A stretch of DNA of 64,000 bases from a virus, in IMG/VR virus record IMGVR_UViG_3300035670_013167, positions 42,764 to 106,763 of that record, one strand, 5' to 3'. Under the pieces are notes generated by a model that saw only the letters and a list, made by a program, of their open reading frames with translations, did no database searches and was not told the origin of the DNA. How positions within the stretch are numbered: position 1 is the first letter of the stretch; each line of letters begins with the position of its first letter. The position numbers and the translations under genes were made by a program. Positions 57,458-64,000 of the stretch are shown in pieces.

Positions 57458-58530
57458 GAATTCTTATTTTTAGTGATATTCATATTCATCCTCATAAAAA
57501 ATCCGTAGAGCGTCTAGACGATTGTATAAAGGCTCTAGATTGGGTTTTTGAATCAGCAGAAGAAAACAATATAAAAGATATTGTTTTTCTTGGTGATCTT
57601 TTTCATGACAGGCAAAAGATAGATGTTTTGACTTACCAAAAAACATTTGAAGTTTTTGAAAAATATTTACTAAAAAATAAATTTAAATTATATCTTTTAT
57701 TAGGCAATCATGATTTATGGCACAATCAAAAATGGGATGTGTCATCAGTTAATCCGCTAAGAAACTTGCCAGGAGTTTCAGTAATTAATGAACCTTGTGT
57801 TAGGTTTATTTCTGAGGATTATTTATTTGGTTTTTTACCTTATACTCATGATCCAATTAGTGATTTAAAGAAAATAGAAAAACAATGGAAAAGCGAATGT
57901 AAAGAAAAAGAAATCAATCCTCCCAAAATGCTTGGTGGACACATCGCTGTAGACGGTGCTTTGTGGAATGTAAAATACGGCACTACTGCTGAAGTTGCAA
58001 TAGAGCATGATGGAGATATGGTTAAGGTTGGCCCAAATATCTTCAGTAAATGGGATCGAGTTTTTCTTGGGCACTACCACGCAGAACAAAAACTAGCTGA
58101 AAATATCGAATACGTTGGGTCGCCTCTTCAATTGAGTTTTGGAGAAGCATTCCAAAATAAGCATATAATTATTTATGACATAGAAAATAATCAGTGCAAA
58201 TATTTAAAAAATGATTTTAGTCCAAAACATTACATAATTAATGAAGATGAAATTGACGAATACGAATTAGAAGGAAATTTTATAAGACTTGAGGTCTCTG
58301 ATATATCGTCTTCATCCATGGCTGATGTAAGAAAAAATTTAGTTGAAAATAAAAAAGTCGCAACCATGGAAATAAAACAATCTCATAAAAAAGAAGAACA
58401 CGTTGTGACTGACGCTAAATCGATATTGTTTAAGGAAGATGAGATGCTAGAGAGATACGTAAAGCAAACAGACCCAGATTTAGATAAAGAAAAGCTTATA
58501 TCTATTGGCAAGCTGATTATAAACGATTAG
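57454..58530 (+). CDS. Mre11/SbcD (gp47-like) nuclease
   Basis: SDIH, GDLFH, GNHD, GHYH, YVGSPLQLSFGE. Confidence 0.92.
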   Translation: MRILIFSDIHIHPHKKSVERLDDCIKALDWVFESAEENNIKDIVFLGDLFHDRQKIDVLTYQKTFEVFEKYLLKNKFKLYLLLGNHDLWHNQKWDVSSVNPLRNLPGVSVINEPCVRFISEDYLFGFLPYTHDPISDLKKIEKQWKSECKEKEINPPKMLGGHIAVDGALWNVKYGTTAEVAIEHDGDMVKVGPNIFSKWDRVFLGHYHAEQKLAENIEYVGSPLQLSFGEAFQNKHIIIYDIENNQCKYLKNDFSPKHYIINEDEIDEYELEGNFIRLEVSDISSSSMADVRKNLVENKKVATMEIKQSHKKEEHVVTDAKSILFKEDEMLERYVKQTDPDLDKEKLISIGKLIIND

Positions 58531-58572
58531 TTTGCATTGTAATTAAGTTTTTTTTAATATATAATTGCTTCT

Positions 58573-60573
58573 ATGAAGAATCTTGATTTCAAGCGTATAT
58601 CCGCACAAAATTTTCTTTGTTTTGGATCTGACGGCGTAGAATTTAATTTTGATAACTTTTCCAATATAGTATTAATTAGAGGAAATAATTTAGATATAAA
58701 AGAAATAGACGACAAAGTTGCAAGTAATGGTGTTGGCAAAAGCTCCATCCCAGAAATAATAGTTTATGGCTTGTTCGGAAAAACAATTAAGAATCCAAAA
58801 AAGATTACTCATGAAGATGTTGTAAACAATAAAATTGGAAAAAATTTAAAAATTGAAGTTGTTTGGGGGGATTATCGAGTTGTAAGAACAAGGAAGCCAC
58901 ATTCTCTTAGAATTTGGGAAGATCCAAAAAACGAATGGGGAGACGAAACAGAAATCACGCTAGGAGGAATTCCTGCTACCCAAAAATTAATTGAAGAAAA
59001 AATAGGTCTTAATTATGAAACTTTTGTGAATGTGCTGGTATTCACAGATAATAATGCTGGTAGTTTTCTTGAATGTGATGCGTCTAGTAAAAGAGAAATA
59101 GTAGAAAATTTACTTTCTTTAGACAAGTATAGAAATTTTGCTGAAAAAGCCAAAGACTTAAAAAAAGAAAAAAAAGATTTATTGAAAAGTGTTTTATTTG
59201 AATATGACAACGTATTGTCACAAACAAAACAACTAGAAAATAGATTGAATGTTTCCAAAGATCAAGAAAAACAATGGCAAAAACAAAAAAAAGAAGAAAT
59301 ATTAGAATTAAGACAAAAAATCAATTTATTAAATAAAGAATTGCAAATTGCTGACGTGAGTGGTGAGCTAACGTCTTATTTAGAAGCTCAAAAAGAATTA
59401 GAAAATCTCAATAAAGATTTGCAAGAGGAAGAAAATAAACAAAACGAGATAGAAGAAGCTTTAAGTTTGGCCAAAACTAAAATAAACGATAAAGAAAGAA
59501 ATAAAAATTCTCTTCAAATAAAATTAGATAATATTGAAAATGACTTGGATAAAATTGATGATCAAATAAATGATTGCAAAAAAGAAATTAATAGACTAGA
59601 AAAAAACAAAGGTTCAAAATGTAAATTTTGTTTTGGAGAAATTTCTGAAAAAAATTATAAAAATTATGTTGACCAAATCTTAGAAAAAATTAAAGAATTT
59701 GAAGATAATAAAGAAAAAGTATTAGAAAACAAAAATAATGTTTGTTCTGAAATAGAACAAGAAGATAAAATATTAATAAAACTCAAATCAGCAGTTGGCT
59801 CCGCAAAGACCAACTATGATAACATTATTAAAAAAATAGCTCAAAAAAGAAAAAAAATACAAGAATTAAATAAAATAGATAAGCCAAAAAACAAAGATGT
59901 TTCTGCTAAAATAATAGAAGAAAAAATTAATAATATCAACGAACAAATTATTAATAAAGAAAAAGAATTAGAAGTTAGTCCATTCGTAAAGATTATAGAA
60001 TCTGTTAATAAAGATTTAGAAGAAAACCTAAAATTAACAGAAGAGAAAAAGCAAAAAATAGAAGAAATAGAAAAAGATATTCCTTATTATGATTTTTGGG
60101 TAACTGCTTTTGGAGATTCTGGAATAAGGAAATTTGTTATAGATGGGATTATTCCTGCATTAAATTCTAGGATAGCTTATTGGCTTCAATTTTTAATAGA
60201 TGGTAAAATTAAATTAGAGTTTAATAACGAACTAGAAGAGAAAATAGAAAGAAATCCGGCGGACGGAGATCCTTTTGTTTATCATGCTATGAGTGGCGGA
60301 GAAAGAAGAAGATTAAACCTAGCAGTTTCCCAAGCTTTTGCTTATATTATGAGTCTGAGTTCGGGTGTTTGTCCTTCTATTGTTTTTTTAGACGAAGTAA
60401 CAACTAATATTGATCCAATCGGAGTTCAAGGCGTTTATAACATGATAGCTGAGATGTCTAAAGATCGAAAGGTTTTTATTACTACTCACGATCAAAATTT
60501 ATTGGATTTATTAGAGGGTTGCGATTTAATAAGACTAGAAAAATTCGAAGGATTTACAAAAATAAAAAAATAA
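58573..60573 (+). CDS. Rad50/SbcC (gp46-like) ATPase
   Basis: NFLCFG, SNGVGKSS, coiled coil with CKFC hook, MSGGE, FLDE, TH. Confidence 0.93.
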   Translation: MKNLDFKRISAQNFLCFGSDGVEFNFDNFSNIVLIRGNNLDIKEIDDKVASNGVGKSSIPEIIVYGLFGKTIKNPKKITHEDVVNNKIGKNLKIEVVWGDYRVVRTRKPHSLRIWEDPKNEWGDETEITLGGIPATQKLIEEKIGLNYETFVNVLVFTDNNAGSFLECDASSKREIVENLLSLDKYRNFAEKAKDLKKEKKDLLKSVLFEYDNVLSQTKQLENRLNVSKDQEKQWQKQKKEEILELRQKINLLNKELQIADVSGELTSYLEAQKELENLNKDLQEEENKQNEIEEALSLAKTKINDKERNKNSLQIKLDNIENDLDKIDDQINDCKKEINRLEKNKGSKCKFCFGEISEKNYKNYVDQILEKIKEFEDNKEKVLENKNNVCSEIEQEDKILIKLKSAVGSAKTNYDNIIKKIAQKRKKIQELNKIDKPKNKDVSAKIIEEKINNINEQIINKEKELEVSPFVKIIESVNKDLEENLKLTEEKKQKIEEIEKDIPYYDFWVTAFGDSGIRKFVIDGIIPALNSRIAYWLQFLIDGKIKLEFNNELEEKIERNPADGDPFVYHAMSGGERRRLNLAVSQAFAYIMSLSSGVCPSIVFLDEVTTNIDPIGVQGVYNMIAEMSKDRKVFITTHDQNLLDLLEGCDLIRLEKFEGFTKIKK

Positions 60574-60658
60574 AAAAAATTTTTTATTTATCAAACTTAG
60601 ATATATCTTATCAACAACATAATAACGAACAAGAAAACAGCAAAAGGAGATGATTTTT

Positions 60659-61630
60659 ATGATTTTTGAAGAACAGATTAGCCGCAAACCCGACCACTAT
60701 CCTTGGACTCAAGATTTTATTGAAGCTATGCATAATGGATTCTGGACAGATAAAGAATTTAGCTTTCAAAGTGACAAACAGGATTTTATGGTCTCTTTAA
60801 CAGAACAAGAAAAAGAAATAATTGTTCGAGCCTTGGCAACAATTGGACAATTAGAAATATCTGTTAAAAAGTTTTGGGCTAAACTAGGAGACAATTTGCC
60901 TCATCCTAGCCTAAACGACATGGGATATGTCATGGCCAATACAGAGGTCATTCATGGGGACGCTTACGAAAGATTATTGGAAGTTTTAGGAATAGATGAT
61001 GCTTTTGATAAGATTTTAGAATTAGACATCATCAAAGGAAGAGTTAATTACTTAAGAAAACATTTGCATAAATTTCATAATGATAATAAAAAGCAATTTG
61101 TATATTCTTTAATCTTGTTCACATTGTTTGTTGAGAATATAGCTCTTTTTTCTCAATTTTACACCATAAGCTATTTCGGCAGATATAAAAATTTATTAAA
61201 AGATACTAATAAACAAGTCGAATATACCAGCAGAGAAGAAAATCTTCATGCAATGATAGGAATGAAAATAATAAATGCAATCAGAAAAGAACATCCTGAA
61301 TTGTTCGATGAAGAATTAGAAAATAAAATAATAAGCGAAGCAAAAGAAGCTGTTAAATATGAGCTTCAAATTGTGGAGTGGATTGTGAATGGATACAAGT
61401 CTGAAAAACTAAACTCGGAACTTCTTAAAGAATTTATTAAAAATAGAATGAATGATTCTTTGAAGCAAATAGGATATGATTCTATTTTTGATGTGGATAA
61501 AGAATTGCTATCTAAAACAGTTTGGTTTGACGAACAAGTTTTAGGAAATAACAGCACTGACTTTTTTCACAGCAGACCTGTAGAGTACAGTAAAAAGTCA
61601 AAAAGTTTTTCAGAAGAAGATTTGTTTTGA
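60659..61630 (+). CDS. nrdB: Class I ribonucleotide reductase beta subunit
   Basis: EVIHGDAY, FVENIALFSQF, EENLH, DFF. Confidence 0.92.
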   Translation: MIFEEQISRKPDHYPWTQDFIEAMHNGFWTDKEFSFQSDKQDFMVSLTEQEKEIIVRALATIGQLEISVKKFWAKLGDNLPHPSLNDMGYVMANTEVIHGDAYERLLEVLGIDDAFDKILELDIIKGRVNYLRKHLHKFHNDNKKQFVYSLILFTLFVENIALFSQFYTISYFGRYKNLLKDTNKQVEYTSREENLHAMIGMKIINAIRKEHPELFDEELENKIISEAKEAVKYELQIVEWIVNGYKSEKLNSELLKEFIKNRMNDSLKQIGYDSIFDVDKELLSKTVWFDEQVLGNNSTDFFHSRPVEYSKKSKSFSEEDLF

Positions 61631-61691
61631 TTTCTTTTTTCTGTTTTTTGTGTATAATGCCCATCCTAATTTCATTACTGGTTAAATTAAA

Positions 61692-63773
61692 ATGAACAAA
61701 GAATATTATTGGTTAAATAACCATAGTCGATTATTTTTAGAACGAGGATATTTAGAAGAAGGAATAACGCCCGAGCAAAGAATCAAGCAAATAGCCGACA
61801 ACGCAGAAAAAATATTAAAAATAAAAGGATTTGCAGATAAATTTGAAAAATATATGAGTTTGGGCTTTTATAGCTTAGCAACTCCAGTTTGGACAAACTT
61901 CGGAAATAAAAGAGGATTGCCCGTCAGCTGTTTCGGCTCATTTGTTCAAGACAAAATGGAAGCCATTCTAACAAAATCTGCCGAGGTTGGCATGATGAGC
62001 AAATTAGGAGGAGGAACCAGCGGATATTTTGGCGAACTAAGACCACGAGGAACAAAAATTAGTGTTGGCGGCGAAAGTAGTGGTGCTGTCCATTTTATGG
62101 AGATCTTTGATAAGGTTGCGGATGTAATAAGCCAAGGAAGCGCAAGAAGAGGTAGCTTTGCGGCTTATATGCCGATTGAACATAACGATATTGAAGAGTT
62201 CTTAAGAATCCGATCAGAAGGTCATCCTATACAAAATATGAGTATAGGCGTCACAGTAACTGATAAGTTTATGAAAGGTCTCATAGAAGGTGATAAAGAT
62301 AAAAGAAAAGTATGGGCAAAAGTTATCCAAAAAAGATTCGAAACTGGCTATCCATATATTATGTTTGTTGATAATACAAACAAGCAAGCTCCAAAAGTCT
62401 ATAAGGATAAAAAATTAAAAATAAAAGCCAGCAATCTTTGTGTTTCAGCAGACACAAAGATTCTTACAAAAGAAGGCGAATTGACTATTGGAGAAAATGA
62501 AAATCAAGAAGTTGAAGTTTGGAACGGTAAAAATTGGTCAAAAACAAAAATAGTAAAAACAGGACAAAATCAAAAATTAATAAAATTTGCTGTTATACTG
62601 AGACAATTCGATGACTTAGACACAGAAACTTTTTCAAGAGTTGAATTAAAAACTACTGAATATCATAAATTTTATCTTAGAGATGGAAAACATGTCGAAG
62701 CAAAAGACTTAAAGCCGGGTGATCTATTGCTTAAGTTTGAAGATGCAAAAGGCAGATTGTTTAGTCCTGAAGTTATTGATATTTATAATGAAAATGAAAT
62801 TGGCGATACTTATTGTGTCAATGAGCCTTTAGAACACAAAGCAGTTTTTAATGGAATATTAACAGGCAATTGCTCAGAAATACAATTGTATTCTGACGAG
62901 GACAATAGTTTTGTGTGCGTATTGTCTAGTCTAAATCTTCTTCATTGGGATGAAATTAAAGAAACAGACGCAGTCGAAACTTTGGTTTATTTTCTAGATG
63001 CTGTAAACGAAGAATTCGTGCAGAAAACAGAAAATATCAAGTATATGGAAGCTGCACATAATTTTGCCAAATCCCAGAGAGCATTAGGAATGGGAGTGTT
63101 AGGATGGCATTCGTTGCTTCAATCTAAAATGATTGCGTTCGAATCTATGCAGGCTAAATATCTTAATACAGAAATATGGAAAACAATTAGAGAAAGAGCA
63201 GATAAAGCCACTGAAGACATGGCAAAAGAATACGGAGAGCCAGAACTACTCCAAGGCTACGGCAGAAGAAATGTTACTACTTTGGCTGTTGCCCCTACCA
63301 CAAGTAGTTCGTTTATTTTGGGTCAGGTTAGTCCTAGTATAGAGCCACTAAATAGCAATTATTTTGTTAAGAATTTGGCAAAAGGAAAATTTACATATAA
63401 AAATCCATACTTAAAAGAAGTTCTTAAGAAACATGATAAAAATAATGATGAAGTCTGGAAAAGTATACTTATCAAGGGCGGAAGTGTTCAACACCTTGAT
63501 TTCCTGACAAAAGAAGAAAAAGAAGTGTTTAAAACTTTTGGCGAGATTAGTCAAAAAGAAATTGTTATTCAAGCTGCTCAAAGACAAAAGTATATCGACC
63601 AAGCACAGTCATTAAATATTATGATTCCTCCCGACACGAGTCCTAAAGAAGTAAATACTCTTTTGATAGAAGGTTGGGAATTAGGATTAAAAACTTTTTA
63701 TTATCAAAGAAGCGCCAATCCCGCCCAAGAATTAGCCAGAAGCATATTGACCTGTGCTTCTTGTGAAAGTTGA
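61692..63773 (+). CDS. nrdA: Class I ribonucleotide reductase alpha subunit with mini-intein, no ATP cone
   Basis: LPVSCF, GGGTS, RRGSFA, GYPY, SNL|CSEI, CVLSS, APTTSSS, C-terminal CASCES. Confidence 0.94.
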   Translation: MNKEYYWLNNHSRLFLERGYLEEGITPEQRIKQIADNAEKILKIKGFADKFEKYMSLGFYSLATPVWTNFGNKRGLPVSCFGSFVQDKMEAILTKSAEVGMMSKLGGGTSGYFGELRPRGTKISVGGESSGAVHFMEIFDKVADVISQGSARRGSFAAYMPIEHNDIEEFLRIRSEGHPIQNMSIGVTVTDKFMKGLIEGDKDKRKVWAKVIQKRFETGYPYIMFVDNTNKQAPKVYKDKKLKIKASNLCVSADTKILTKEGELTIGENENQEVEVWNGKNWSKTKIVKTGQNQKLIKFAVILRQFDDLDTETFSRVELKTTEYHKFYLRDGKHVEAKDLKPGDLLLKFEDAKGRLFSPEVIDIYNENEIGDTYCVNEPLEHKAVFNGILTGNCSEIQLYSDEDNSFVCVLSSLNLLHWDEIKETDAVETLVYFLDAVNEEFVQKTENIKYMEAAHNFAKSQRALGMGVLGWHSLLQSKMIAFESMQAKYLNTEIWKTIRERADKATEDMAKEYGEPELLQGYGRRNVTTLAVAPTTSSSFILGQVSPSIEPLNSNYFVKNLAKGKFTYKNPYLKEVLKKHDKNNDEVWKSILIKGGSVQHLDFLTKEEKEVFKTFGEISQKEIVIQAAQRQKYIDQAQSLNIMIPPDTSPKEVNTLLIEGWELGLKTFYYQRSANPAQELARSILTCASCES
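62439..62870 (+). mobile_element. Mini-intein (144 aa, no endonuclease) at the RNR active-site Cys
   Basis: SNL|CVSADT...TTEYHKF...ILTGN|CSEI. Confidence 0.9.
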
Positions 63774-63774
63774 T

Positions 63775-64000
63775 ATGGATACTAGAAAAACTTGGTTTTT
63801 AGATTTTGATGGCACTATTGTTTATCAAAAAAGCTACTTGAAAGATGAAGATTATATTCTTCCATCAACCATAGACTTTTTTACTAATGTTGTTAAAGAA
63901 ACTGACTTTGTGATTATAACGACAGGAAGAGAAGAACATCACAAAGAAAGAATTGAAAAATTTATGAAAGGCTTTGGATTGAAATGCGATATGATTATAT
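63775..64000 (+). CDS. HAD-superfamily hydrolase (partial, runs off the window)
   Basis: MDTRKTWFLDFDGTIV ... ITTGR. Confidence 0.75.
   Translation, partial: MDTRKTWFLDFDGTIVYQKSYLKDEDYILPSTIDFFTNVVKETDFVIITTGREEHHKERIEKFMKGFGLKCDMII

Noticed and set aside
1-64000. Bacterial chromosome or eukaryotic giant virus origin
   Set aside because: T4-like gp32, gp41, gp46/47, UvsW and late boxes together with SD sites and sigma70 promoters fit a large bacteriophage; no NCLDV hallmark genes or ribosomal operons seen

Overview
Very AT-rich (about 28-30% GC by eye), densely coding 64 kb segment of a large (jumbo-type) T4-like/Caudoviricetes bacteriophage genome read in the standard bacterial code. It holds a replication/recombination core: DnaE N-terminal half, a Pol A-like polymerase domain, DnaB/gp41 helicase, RecA/UvsX, UvsY-like, gp32-like SSB, UvsW, a Hel308-like helicase and gp46/47. 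Nucleotide metabolism is represented by nrdAB, thyA, folA, guaC, hpt and a dNMP kinase. Also present are a host-like prkA/yeaG-yeaH-spoVR-clpP block, envelope/glycan-modifying enzymes, four inteins and one complete TnpB element. Most notable: (1) about 15 unrelated proteins share an N-terminal tag resembling the T4 capsid-targeting sequence, and the tag also appears internally in fusion proteins; (2) dnaE is interrupted by a stop-containing 8-nt insert right after a strong hairpin, which suggests translational recoding; (3) the TnpB element has definable ends, inserted silently, carries a tagged cargo gene instead of tnpA and creates a late promoter; (4) TATAAATA late boxes sit 3-5 nt from ATGs, which suggests leaderless mRNAs; (5) two structured non-coding regions. 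All product calls come from motif recognition by eye; no database searches were run.
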